Source of the DNA: a virus
Length of the DNA: 64,000 bases
Strand: one strand, 5' to 3'
IMG/VR virus record: IMGVR_UViG_3300024054_000269
Location: 64,001 to 128,000 of that record
A program made the translations under genes and the position numbers. The notes below the pieces were generated by a model. That model had not been told where the DNA came from and did no database searches. It was given only the letters and a program-made list of their open reading frames with translations. Position 1 is the stretch's first letter; every line of letters starts with the position of its first letter. Of this stretch, positions 41,614-51,119 are shown piece after piece.

Positions 41614-44600
41614 ATGGTACGTCCGCGTAAAGAACAAATTTTATCAATAAACACTAGACATGCCAGATACACAGCTGATGTGACAGCTGGTACGTCGTTA
41701 ACAACCATTACTGCAGCATCGGTGAACCCATATTTAATAACAGATACGCAAGGTGGAGCGCAGGAAGACTGCCCAGCATTTGTTAGAGGAACAGTTTCAG
41801 AAATTTTTACGATCGTAGCTTCTGACGCAATAAATATAAGTGTTGATGGTGGTTCAACAATAACCGTTACATTTGCTGGAACTGATACTATAGCTTCAAA
41901 AGTTGTTGCCAGAATAAATGGAACTGTTGGGATACCAGCCAATTTTGCCAGAAATGAAAATGGAAAGGTTTTACTAGTTAGTACAACAACCGGTTCTACG
42001 TCGACAATTCAGTTATCTGATTTTGTGGCTGGAACATTAGCAAAATTAGGGTTAACAGCTGGAACTACAACTGGAGCTACAGCACCAATCCGTGGTGTTG
42101 TTACAAAATCTGCTGATTTAAAAGGTGGTTTTGTTAGGCTTTCAAGATCAGAAGGAAACACAATAGTTACGAATGCAGACGAGCTTATTTCTATTAGTAA
42201 TGACATCAAGTTTGGCCATGGATTAACAGCTAACATTAAAGGCGGGCTTCCATTACATGGAAGATTACTACCAAGTGGTTCTAACTATGAATTAAGTTAT
42301 TTCTGTAAAATCCCACAAAGACCAGAAGTTGTAACTGGTGATTCTAGCTTTGCATCGTTAAATGGTACAGATTCATTCACCATAACAGTTTCTGGACCAA
42401 ACGGAATTTTTGGTCCATTCACCATAACATTCCCGGCTTTTCCGTATACGACAGCTGCGTCAATAGCTGATAGAATAAACACTGTGTTTGCTACAACTGC
42501 AAACACAGTCACTGGAACAGGTAATGCATTTGTTGACAGTGTTGAAGTTCAACCGTTCGACATGGAAGGTGGCGATACCTTTTATATATCAATAGATGGC
42601 GGCGTTACAACGCCAGTAACATTTGCTGGAACCGAAGTAACAGCTGCAGACGTGGTAGCGACTATTAACGCTGCACTTGGCGTCACTGGCACAGCTTCAA
42701 CTTATACAGATTTGTTAGGTAATATTTCGTTCAGAATTCAAAGTAATAACACGAATGGTAGAACGTCTTCTGTAGAAATTTTCGGTCCACCTGATAATAT
42801 CACAAAAAAGCTTGGGTTGTCAGTCGGTAAAATACGTGGGTTTATATGTGCAGATTTGTACGGAACACAATCTGTAAAAATATTTTCACCAACACGTGGA
42901 GCTTTAAGTTCACTCGTTATAGGCGGTGTAAACCCAACAACTTTAACACGCATGGGACTGACAGCTGGAACATATCCAGGTTCAGACTCTTATGTGGAAG
43001 AAAGCGTCAATTTACCAGTTGTTAGCGGATTCGCCTCTACTTATACACTTAAATGCTTAATACCAGAAGAATTAGAATTTGGTGAAGTTAACCCAGCAAC
43101 TGAGTCATTTTTAGAAAATTTTGACGATATATCAGCAGGAAATAATAATTCATATTCTGATGATTTGTATGCATCCGGTGCTTATCCGTATTTTGCTGCT
43201 GAGTCAGGTCTTGGAACACAAGGCGGGAAAGATCACGGAAAAGTTGTTTTAGCAAATCATTTTGGGGTACTTGATGAAGATTTATTAGTTCCAGCTCAAA
43301 CTTATGCAAACAGATTTTTCAAAAAATTTCTTAGAACAGCATCAAGTGGTGGATACAGGAGAGGTGAAGTTGCGGCGCTAGTAGCTTCATCTATAGAAAC
43401 CCCAGGTACAAGTGGTAACCCATTACCAACATCAAACATATTCACAGTTGATGTTGATCCAGATAATTCGTATACAGATGCTGAGTTTAGAATTCAAAAA
43501 GACAGACTTGGAACACCAGTTGTTCCGTTCAGAGTAAGGGAACTTGGTGGGGCATCACCGACAGCACTTGATTGGGTTTCCGATGCTGGAACAGGAACAA
43601 TTGATTTTGGATACGGGTCTGTACTCAGCAGATTATGGTTATACGACGTAAATACAATTGCAGCTGGTGGAGCTGAATCAATACCGTTTACAGATGCGAC
43701 ACAAACAGCTTTAAGAATCGGTGACGCGCTTGTAACAAGCGGTCTTTCTTTACTGAAGAAAGTAAACTCAGTTTTTACCATCACATGTGGTGATGGTGTA
43801 AATAGTTTTGGCGATTTCAACGGTGCGAACGCCATACAAGATGCGGTTGCCTACATAATATCAACGATATCATCTGATACATTTAGAATTCAAATAAAAC
43901 AAGGCACGTACACGGTTGACACTGGAGCTGTTAACGTAACTGGAACAATCGATCCAACTAACAGTGGTGCAATATCAAACGCAACTTTCATATTTGAAGC
44001 TGTTGGTCCCAACGCTGTTATAATTGCTTCATCAAATGCAACGGTGTTTGAAGGCGGTATATCAAATAGGCTGGAGTTAATAAATCTTAGAATTGAAACG
44101 TTTACTGCACCGTATTCTAGATTAACAAATATTGGCCAAAATTCAGTTTGTTATGCAACTGGTTGTAGCATAGTTGGTTCTCAAATTAGGGCTGTTGACT
44201 CAGAACGTGTAATATTTGACAAATCTACAATTGATATGTCAGCCGATGCAGCTTGCGATAGGCCAGCTTTTTTGTTTGAGTTTGGCGATGGGGCTGCAGA
44301 CACGCATCAGTTATTCAAGTTTGTAAATTCTAAAATAACATCTGGACAAAACAATCCAATACTTAGAGTTAGAGCAACTGGAGCTGCGGTTTCATATACA
44401 GTTTGTGAATCAATTGTGTTCGAAGATTGCAAACTTTCGACTAAATCAACAACCGTTGATGGCAATGGAAATTTGACTGGAAACTGTGGGATTTTTGATG
44501 TCGACCCGAATGGATCGATTGCAGTTGCTGGTTCAACTGGCGTATTAATCAATAGCCTGAATTTTACTAGATGCGATGTTCAGGCTAACACTTCCTTGGG

Positions 44601-46005
44601 TCCGGTTTCAGTATTGATTCATTTTATACCAACTGCCAATGGAGTTTTCACAAATGCTTCACCTTGGACATTTGGTGTGTCACCGTATCTAGCTGTGAAT
44701 TATTTAACAATAGATGGTGGTGATTGGGTAATTCCTGGCGTAAACACCTCAATAAATCCGTTCACAATAGGTGGTGTTGCCGTCAAGTTGACAATAAACA
44801 ATATTTCGTATGGAACACCACAATCAACTGGCGTTACGCAAGGTGCCGCAACAGCTGATGTTGGTGGATTCTTTACATCGCTAGTAGGCCCGTCAGGCGC
44901 CCCAGCAACAAGTTTCTGGGGGTCGATGGCTTTGTCTGCATTCAACTTGGATCTTGACAACATTAAGATCCACGAGATGACTAGAGCAGGCAATTCTGGG
45001 GATCTATTCGTTTATTGTTTACAAAACTGTAGGATGAAAGACATTAGTATTACTGATTACATTGATGCTGCGCCCGGCTCGGTTCCGAATCAGCGCGTTA
45101 GGTTTAGATTTGGTGATCCGATAGCATATAATACGTTGAACGCAAATATTAAGAGATTGATAATTAAGGGTGCAAATGGAACTGGCAACTGGACAGCTAC
45201 ATCAACTGGCGATAATGACTATGCCATTATCGTGTATGAACCAGTACAAGAAGTGTTTGGTATCAACAAACATGCAGTAACTTTTGAAAATTGTGAAGTT
45301 TCTGATTTCTTAAATGCTACCATTCAAAATAGCATTGGGTTTGCATTTCATGATATAGCCGGTGGTGCATTGTTCGGAACTGGACTTGGTGTGAATGGGA
45401 CAATGTTTACTGGTGTTAAATTAATAAATAATAAATTTGACCAAAACACAGTTGGTATAAGTTATGTTAATTCAAACACTGTTGTCAGAAATTTGGAAAT
45501 AATAGATAATAAAATAACAAATTGTTCAGATTGGGGCGTGTATTTATATGATACTACCACAGATGCGTTAGGTCTTTTGACAATAAATGATAATAGGATT
45601 TTTAACTGCGGAAATACGTCTGGCAGAGAAGGCATCTATGTGAATACAGCAGATTGGGATAACACTTATTTGATTATGAATCATAATTACGTGCACAATA
45701 ATAACACGGCAGTTACAGGCATACAGGTGAATATTATAAATAGTGCTATTCCTGGTTCGACATCACCCAGGGGTGTTGTCATGGGTAATTCAGCAAGAGC
45801 TAGCACTGGATTTGTTGGACAATTCAGAATACAAACCAACAACACGCCAACACTCATAACTGGTACATACCCGGCTGCTTTTACGCCAGCTGGTGAGCCA
45901 TTTAGAGGTGTTGAGACAGGGTACGTTGGCGGAGCTGCTCCAGGTGATAGTAGATATTTCCAGCCTGCTACACCAATGTTCCATAATGACGCGACATTGA
46001 CATAA
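41614..46005 (+). CDS. Tailspike/tail fibre with C-terminal parallel beta-helix (pectin-lyase-like) region (1463 aa)
   Basis: N-terminal repeated I-x-[VI]DGG...VTF...[AV]xxVVAxIN modules. TCGDGVNSFGDFNGANAIQDA junction, then Asn/Ile ladders (NNKFDQN, IIDNKITNC, INDNRIFNC, NHNYVHNN). GAGG SD upstream. Confidence 0.75.
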   Translation: MVRPRKEQILSINTRHARYTADVTAGTSLTTITAASVNPYLITDTQGGAQEDCPAFVRGTVSEIFTIVASDAINISVDGGSTITVTFAGTDTIASKVVARINGTVGIPANFARNENGKVLLVSTTTGSTSTIQLSDFVAGTLAKLGLTAGTTTGATAPIRGVVTKSADLKGGFVRLSRSEGNTIVTNADELISISNDIKFGHGLTANIKGGLPLHGRLLPSGSNYELSYFCKIPQRPEVVTGDSSFASLNGTDSFTITVSGPNGIFGPFTITFPAFPYTTAASIADRINTVFATTANTVTGTGNAFVDSVEVQPFDMEGGDTFYISIDGGVTTPVTFAGTEVTAADVVATINAALGVTGTASTYTDLLGNISFRIQSNNTNGRTSSVEIFGPPDNITKKLGLSVGKIRGFICADLYGTQSVKIFSPTRGALSSLVIGGVNPTTLTRMGLTAGTYPGSDSYVEESVNLPVVSGFASTYTLKCLIPEELEFGEVNPATESFLENFDDISAGNNNSYSDDLYASGAYPYFAAESGLGTQGGKDHGKVVLANHFGVLDEDLLVPAQTYANRFFKKFLRTASSGGYRRGEVAALVASSIETPGTSGNPLPTSNIFTVDVDPDNSYTDAEFRIQKDRLGTPVVPFRVRELGGASPTALDWVSDAGTGTIDFGYGSVLSRLWLYDVNTIAAGGAESIPFTDATQTALRIGDALVTSGLSLLKKVNSVFTITCGDGVNSFGDFNGANAIQDAVAYIISTISSDTFRIQIKQGTYTVDTGAVNVTGTIDPTNSGAISNATFIFEAVGPNAVIIASSNATVFEGGISNRLELINLRIETFTAPYSRLTNIGQNSVCYATGCSIVGSQIRAVDSERVIFDKSTIDMSADAACDRPAFLFEFGDGAADTHQLFKFVNSKITSGQNNPILRVRATGAAVSYTVCESIVFEDCKLSTKSTTVDGNGNLTGNCGIFDVDPNGSIAVAGSTGVLINSLNFTRCDVQANTSLGPVSVLIHFIPTANGVFTNASPWTFGVSPYLAVNYLTIDGGDWVIPGVNTSINPFTIGGVAVKLTINNISYGTPQSTGVTQGAATADVGGFFTSLVGPSGAPATSFWGSMALSAFNLDLDNIKIHEMTRAGNSGDLFVYCLQNCRMKDISITDYIDAAPGSVPNQRVRFRFGDPIAYNTLNANIKRLIIKGANGTGNWTATSTGDNDYAIIVYEPVQEVFGINKHAVTFENCEVSDFLNATIQNSIGFAFHDIAGGALFGTGLGVNGTMFTGVKLINNKFDQNTVGISYVNSNTVVRNLEIIDNKITNCSDWGVYLYDTTTDALGLLTINDNRIFNCGNTSGREGIYVNTADWDNTYLIMNHNYVHNNNTAVTGIQVNIINSAIPGSTSPRGVVMGNSARASTGFVGQFRIQTNNTPTLITGTYPAAFTPAGEPFRGVETGYVGGAAPGDSRYFQPATPMFHNDATLT

Positions 46006-46068
46006 ATTATTTCAATGTATTTTGTAAATAGATACTTATAGTGGGTATCTGCTCCAGAAGGAGTAGAG

Positions 46069-47067
46069 ATGAAAACAAAACATAGTCTTCTTTTGGTTCC
46101 TTTTGGTTTCTTTGTGTTTTTAGCGTGTGGTGGTGGTGGTGACGAGACGGGTTTGACAAAAGCGTCTTCTGGCGGTCAAGCCGGGGCGTCTTCTGGCGGT
46201 CAAGCCGGCTCTGGGTCTGGCGGTCAAGCCGGTGGTCAGTCCGGGTCTGGCGGTCAAGCTGGAAACACTGGAGGGTCTGCTGGATCTGTTATCGATTCGG
46301 GATCTGATGTTATCGATTCGGGATCTGATGCCATACTTGATTACAATCAAGATATTTTGACTGATTCACAGTCTGATGTTGAAGCATGCGTCCCCCAACC
46401 ATGCGCAAATGACGGCAAGACTTGTGGTAGTCTTCCAGACGGTTGTGGTGGGATGTCTAAATGTTTGTACCAGTGTTCTTATCCAAAAACTTGTGGTGGC
46501 AATCCGAATGACCCTAATGGGTGCTATTGCAAAATGAAAACACAAACTGAAATAAATTCTGTTTGTGCTACATATAGCTGTACTGATGGTGCGAGCGTTT
46601 CAGACCCGTGTGCTAACGGTGGTGCCGTTTCGTGTCTTCTTTATCCAAATCAGAAACGATGTAAGTATTTGCAGACATGTAAAGACGCTGGCGCAACCCC
46701 GACAGATTTTACTTGCCAGGGATGCACAGACAGTAGCATCGACACTGGTTGTTCACAAAATCAACCATTTGCTTATACATGCCCTGGAAATGTGACACCA
46801 CCAACTAGTGAATGCACATGGAATTCCTCCACTCAGAAATGGTGTTGCAAAAAGAATACGGCTGGTTGTTTTGTCCAGTTTGAAGAAACTTCATGCAATC
46901 CAACATTTGGATGCACATGTCCGGCCGGTAAGAAGGTTGTTTTTGATTGTGGTGCTTTTGGTACGAATCCTATTGCTAATGATTTGATGCCCCAGTTTGG
47001 ATGCATCAAATCTACAAATCAATACGCACTTGATAAGTGGTGTTGCCCAACTAATTCTGTTGGTTGA
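46069..47067 (+). CDS. Cys-rich lipoprotein of myxobacterial style (332 aa)
   Basis: Signal peptide with lipobox-like FLA|C20, Gly/Ser/Gln linker, then 30 further Cys including C-x-P-x-x-C...CG...DGCG and two KWCC motifs. Strong AGGAG SD. Confidence 0.85.
   Translation: MKTKHSLLLVPFGFFVFLACGGGGDETGLTKASSGGQAGASSGGQAGSGSGGQAGGQSGSGGQAGNTGGSAGSVIDSGSDVIDSGSDAILDYNQDILTDSQSDVEACVPQPCANDGKTCGSLPDGCGGMSKCLYQCSYPKTCGGNPNDPNGCYCKMKTQTEINSVCATYSCTDGASVSDPCANGGAVSCLLYPNQKRCKYLQTCKDAGATPTDFTCQGCTDSSIDTGCSQNQPFAYTCPGNVTPPTSECTWNSSTQKWCCKKNTAGCFVQFEETSCNPTFGCTCPAGKKVVFDCGAFGTNPIANDLMPQFGCIKSTNQYALDKWCCPTNSVG
46162..46330 (+). repeat. Tandem repeats in the lipoprotein linker (24-bp gcgtcttctggcggtcaagccggg x2 plus degenerate copies; 21-bp gttatcgattcgggatctgat x2)
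   Basis: Read directly from the sequence. Confidence 0.9.
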
Positions 47068-47070
47068 TAG

Positions 47071-47107
47071 AAAGCCCTGATAGGAGTAAATCTCCTATCA
47101 GGGCTTT
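47071..47107. terminator. Perfect 16-bp inverted repeat, likely (bidirectional) intrinsic terminator
   Basis: aaagccctgataggag-taaat-ctcctatcagggcttt, right after the lipoprotein stop, with A/T runs at both ends of the stem. Confidence 0.85.
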
Positions 47108-47112
47108 TCCAT

Positions 47113-47619
47113 ATGAAAAAATTATGGTTGTATTTGAAAGCCCTTGGTAAAAGATTATTTCAAATAATAATAAGATACCCGTTAGCAACAGCTTTAACTG
47201 TTTTGTTAGTAATTGGTACGATGTTTCTGTTAATTTTTGGCCAAAAAGTACAAATCGGTGGTTTACTTGGTTCAATATGGGGCAAGAAAAAAATAAACTC
47301 TAGAGCCATCCCACCAGAAGACAGAAAAGATAAAGATGGCAAGCCAATCCAACCTGGTGAATCAGACGACAAAGGATACGTACAAGCGCCAGTATCAACA
47401 AAAATAAAGGAACCAACAATTTTTTCAGACCCGAATGTTGTTGAAATTGAAGAACAAAATGGTGAAGTTAAAAAAATACCGTTACCAACGGGTGTGTCAA
47501 ATACTGATGTACGAGAAGTGACAAAAATTTCACCAAATATATATGAAGTAAAAAACAAAGATAAAGGAACAAAAAAAGAAGAACTATCAACTCTAATAGA
47601 ATTATTGGGGGATAAATGA
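47113..47619 (+). CDS. Membrane-anchored protein (168 aa)
   Basis: Basic N-terminus followed by hydrophobic YPLATALTVLLVIGTMFLLIFG, then a hydrophilic Lys/Pro-rich domain. Confidence 0.7.
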   Translation: MKKLWLYLKALGKRLFQIIIRYPLATALTVLLVIGTMFLLIFGQKVQIGGLLGSIWGKKKINSRAIPPEDRKDKDGKPIQPGESDDKGYVQAPVSTKIKEPTIFSDPNVVEIEEQNGEVKKIPLPTGVSNTDVREVTKISPNIYEVKNKDKGTKKEELSTLIELLGDK

Positions 47620-48230
47620 TCCCATTACTAATTTTGATGCAACAAGACCCAGTTAATGTTAACGCAGCGGTTGTGCCGCAACCGGAAGAACAAGTTTGTA
47701 TAAATAAAGAAGAAGCAGACAAGTTAGCTCAGGCTTTAAGAGAATACAAGAATATAAAAGAATCACCAGCTAAGTTGGAAATGAAAGAACCAATCATAAT
47801 TATTCGTGATTGGGAAGACAGAGTATATGTAAATGGTGGTGAAAAAAGTCCAATAAAACTCAGATTGAGGATAGGTGAATATGTTGATAGAGAATTTGAA
47901 GCAGTTTTTCCCGTCCAGGTTTTTTACAGAGAAGAACCTCCAGATCCGCCATTCAGACTAAGAATAAAAGCACAAGCCGGTTTTCTTTTGCCGCAGTTAT
48001 TTACGGCTGTGAAAGATGGCGGTGTTGACTCAACTATTGACATGGGCATAGCGTTTGATTTTTTCCACTACGGACCAGTGAACATAAATATTTATACTGG
48101 CATAAGAAGTATCGGAGCGGGCCTTGGTTTTGACATAACTAAAAATTTTGGTGTGTATAGCGGTTATGCTCTATCATATAGAGGTTTAGAATCTGGTGCT
48201 TTGACTGGCGTATTCTTTAGTTTTAATTAA
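47616..48230 (+). CDS. Protein with coiled coil and amphipathic beta-strand C-terminus, possible outer-membrane protein (204 aa)
   Basis: ATGA coupling. Alternating-hydrophobic Gly/aromatic-rich strands ending ...GALTGVFFSFN. Confidence 0.55.
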   Translation: MIPLLILMQQDPVNVNAAVVPQPEEQVCINKEEADKLAQALREYKNIKESPAKLEMKEPIIIIRDWEDRVYVNGGEKSPIKLRLRIGEYVDREFEAVFPVQVFYREEPPDPPFRLRIKAQAGFLLPQLFTAVKDGGVDSTIDMGIAFDFFHYGPVNINIYTGIRSIGAGLGFDITKNFGVYSGYALSYRGLESGALTGVFFSFN

Positions 48231-48244
48231 TGTAAATTTAAGGC

Positions 48245-50323
48245 ATGTTGGAAGAACTTAGAAAAATAAGAAACCTTGAAAACCCAAAATTGAAACCATC
48301 ACCATATTTGAAAGACAAATTCATAGATGAATTTGGTGAAGAACAAAATGTTAAATTGAGAGATTACCAATGTTCTGGGATTATGAATATTTGTATGTCA
48401 CCAAGGCATATAAATGGATTCGACACAGGATTAGGAAAATCGCTTATTTCATTAGCTTCAGTAAGTTATATTTGGTTAGTAGAACCGACTTATGTTCCAA
48501 TTGTTGTAACAACGAAATCTTCATTATTTCAATGGGAATCAGAGTGTCACAAATTTATGAAAAACATGAGTGTGTTGGTTGTTAGTGGACAACCAACACA
48601 GCGGCATTCAACGTATGCTGAATTTTTTGATAATTACAATATAAATAACAAACGCATTATGATTGTTACTTACGACTCGATATTTAGAGATCTACGAAGT
48701 GGGATAATAAGTGAAAAGACTAAAGGACAAGGGTCTACAAAATTAAAAGAAAACACGAAAATATCTAAACAAAAACTAGAATTGGCCAAAAAAGAATTAG
48801 AAGAATACTCTCAGATATTTAATGACAAATTTTTGAGTTTACCATATGAGATTCAATCATGTGCAACAAATTTGATTCGCGGCAAAGACGTTATGCAAAG
48901 GCCTGATGGTTGGATTTCAGAATACGATAATTGGGTTTTAGATTACATAACTAAAAAAATAATTTGGTCTCAATGTTTAGATGAATACAACAATTCGAAA
49001 TCATTATCAAGTCCAACTAGAAATGTTAGGGGCATACTTGATTATATTCAAGATTTGAAATCAAATCACCCAGATACACAGTTTATGCTGATTATGGACG
49101 AAATGCACAAATTAAAAAATCACAGAAGTCAAATACATGAATCGGTTAAAGAATTATCCATGAATTGCAATAGAATTTATGGATTAACAGCCACCCCGAT
49201 TAAAAATCGGTTGATGGAATTCTTCAGTCTTTTTAGGGTGATCAAATCAGATTTGTTTCCAAAAATTTCACATTTCATGAATGATTATTGTGTTACAAAA
49301 CTCCAACCAATTGGAGGTGGAAGACAAGTTCCGATAGTTGTAGGTTACAAGAACTTGCAGCAATTTATCTCAAAAATTGAACCATATTACTTCTCAAAAA
49401 AGAAACACGAAGTTGCAGAACAACTTCCAAAGTTAATAAGCAGAGAAATACCGTGTGAGCTTTCTGATATACAAGAAGAATTGTATGACATGGCAGAGTC
49501 AGGTTTGCTAGGCAAAAATACTGATATTACACAAGCTGAAATGCTTCAATCTTTAACTCTATGTCAACAAGCAGTGAATTCTCCTTATTTGATTAAAGAT
49601 GAAAATGGCAATCCATTTGAAGGTCCTTCTACAAAAGAAGAAACCCTAATTGATTTATTAGAAAATGATCTGAGTGAAAAGAAAGTTATCATTTTTTCTA
49701 GATTTGAGAAAATGATTAGTAGACTTGAAAATTTGTTAGATGAAGCAAAAATAAAAAATGTTAGGATAACTGGAAAAGAACATAAAGCGCAGGATAGAGA
49801 GAAAGCAAAGAATAAATTCCAAGATCCGAATTCAGGGATGAATGTCATATTAATTACGACCGCTGGTTCTGAATCAATTAATTTACAAGCCGCTGAATAT
49901 ATAATATTCTTTGATTCATGCTGGAGTTTTGGAGATTATATTCAACTTGTTGGACGTGCTGTAAGAATCGGAAGCAGAAATGACTCAGTTGTTGCCATAC
50001 ATTTCGTTGGTGAAAAACAAAACGGAGAAAAAACTATAGATCAACATGTTTTAAATATTCTTAGAAAAAAGAAAAAATTGATTGATGTTGTTGCTGGACA
50101 AAATATACCAGATGCTTTAGATTTTAAGTCTAAAAACGAGATGTTTGAGTTGTTTTCGGAAATGTATTCTTCTTCTGCTTCTGAGGCAAATAGCAACAAA
50201 ACGAACAAAAGACAAGAAGATAAAAAGAAACCAAAGAAGAAACCAAAAGAAGACGTGTTAAGCGTAAAATCGGAAGATAACTGCAAAATATCATTGGTTT
50301 CTTTAGATGCATCAGACATCTGA
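48245..50323 (+). CDS. SNF2/SWI2-family helicase/ATPase (692 aa)
   Basis: LRDYQ (Q motif), DTGLGKS (motif I), MDEMHKLKN (II), GLTATP (III), KVIIFSRF, GSESINLQAA, QLVGRAVRIG (VI). Confidence 0.93.
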   Translation: MLEELRKIRNLENPKLKPSPYLKDKFIDEFGEEQNVKLRDYQCSGIMNICMSPRHINGFDTGLGKSLISLASVSYIWLVEPTYVPIVVTTKSSLFQWESECHKFMKNMSVLVVSGQPTQRHSTYAEFFDNYNINNKRIMIVTYDSIFRDLRSGIISEKTKGQGSTKLKENTKISKQKLELAKKELEEYSQIFNDKFLSLPYEIQSCATNLIRGKDVMQRPDGWISEYDNWVLDYITKKIIWSQCLDEYNNSKSLSSPTRNVRGILDYIQDLKSNHPDTQFMLIMDEMHKLKNHRSQIHESVKELSMNCNRIYGLTATPIKNRLMEFFSLFRVIKSDLFPKISHFMNDYCVTKLQPIGGGRQVPIVVGYKNLQQFISKIEPYYFSKKKHEVAEQLPKLISREIPCELSDIQEELYDMAESGLLGKNTDITQAEMLQSLTLCQQAVNSPYLIKDENGNPFEGPSTKEETLIDLLENDLSEKKVIIFSRFEKMISRLENLLDEAKIKNVRITGKEHKAQDREKAKNKFQDPNSGMNVILITTAGSESINLQAAEYIIFFDSCWSFGDYIQLVGRAVRIGSRNDSVVAIHFVGEKQNGEKTIDQHVLNILRKKKKLIDVVAGQNIPDALDFKSKNEMFELFSEMYSSSASEANSNKTNKRQEDKKKPKKKPKEDVLSVKSEDNCKISLVSLDASDI

Positions 50324-51119
50324 AATTATTTCGTGTTCCGAATGTGACGATATTGGTGTAATAGAAAAAAATGGAAAACTGTTTGAGTGTGAATGTGCAT
50401 TAGTACGTAGAATATCTGCTTCAATGCCGCCCTACATAAGGAAAGCAGAAATTTTACCAGCACATCTTGAACTCGGATTCTTTAATAAAATTAACAAATC
50501 GTTATACGTAATATCTTCTTGGCCTGATACAAAATCAATAATAAAAGCATGCATAATAAAATTCAACAAAAAATATTTTCGTATAACAAGTGATAGAGAA
50601 ATAAGGGATGTTTATGTTGGTTCCAGATCATCAGCTGCATCAAGTGATCAGGAAAAAGTTCTAAATACGTTAGAAGATTTGATGGATCCGCCAGATTTGG
50701 TGGTTGTTAGACTTAATGAGTTATCATATAAAAACAAAGCCGCGCCTGGTGCACTAGAGGAAGCAATATCATACAGATGCGATAGGGATAAACCAACTTG
50801 GCTAATTTCTGATATTGATCGAGTATTTGGTGTTGGCAGCCACGCATACTCAGAATCAGTATGGAATCTTATTAATGATGCATTTGAAATAACAAAGATT
50901 CCGATGATTTTGCCAAGAACTGTAACAAATGTAGATTCGGTTGTTCCGGTTCAGTTTGAACAAAAACACAATGAACAGCAGCTAAAGGAAAAAGAAACAA
51001 AATCTGACGAAAAACCGGCTAAGATAAATCGAATTTCAAATGAAGAGTTGACAGGTGGTTTGTCTATGTACGGTAGTGGTTTTGATAGATTAAAGCCGAA
51101 ATCGAAATTACGAAAATGA
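50307..51119 (+). CDS. Degenerate DnaC/IstB-like helicase loader with N-terminal Zn finger (270 aa)
   Basis: CSEC...CEC Zn motif; SLYVISSWPDTKS at the Walker A position; PDLVVVRLNEL at the Walker B position; YR...KPTWLIS. Immediately upstream of DnaB. Confidence 0.6.
   Translation: MHQTSEIISCSECDDIGVIEKNGKLFECECALVRRISASMPPYIRKAEILPAHLELGFFNKINKSLYVISSWPDTKSIIKACIIKFNKKYFRITSDREIRDVYVGSRSSAASSDQEKVLNTLEDLMDPPDLVVVRLNELSYKNKAAPGALEEAISYRCDRDKPTWLISDIDRVFGVGSHAYSESVWNLINDAFEITKIPMILPRTVTNVDSVVPVQFEQKHNEQQLKEKETKSDEKPAKINRISNEELTGGLSMYGSGFDRLKPKSKLRK

Noticed and set aside
94-45984. Dozens of 60-125-aa antisense ORFs inside the large structural genes
   Set aside because: They are fully nested opposite long coding frames, with no motifs or initiation signals; this is expected from codon bias.
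33630-46005. Diversity-generating retroelement (TR/VR pair) acting on fibre genes
   Set aside because: There is no reverse transcriptase in the window. The similarity between paralogues is protein-level with synonymous divergence, not an adenine-specific near-identical repeat.
45997-46025. Perfect TTGACA upstream of the lipoprotein gene
   Set aside because: There is no acceptable -10 at 16-18 bp spacing (TATTTT only at 15 bp), so it was not called as a promoter.
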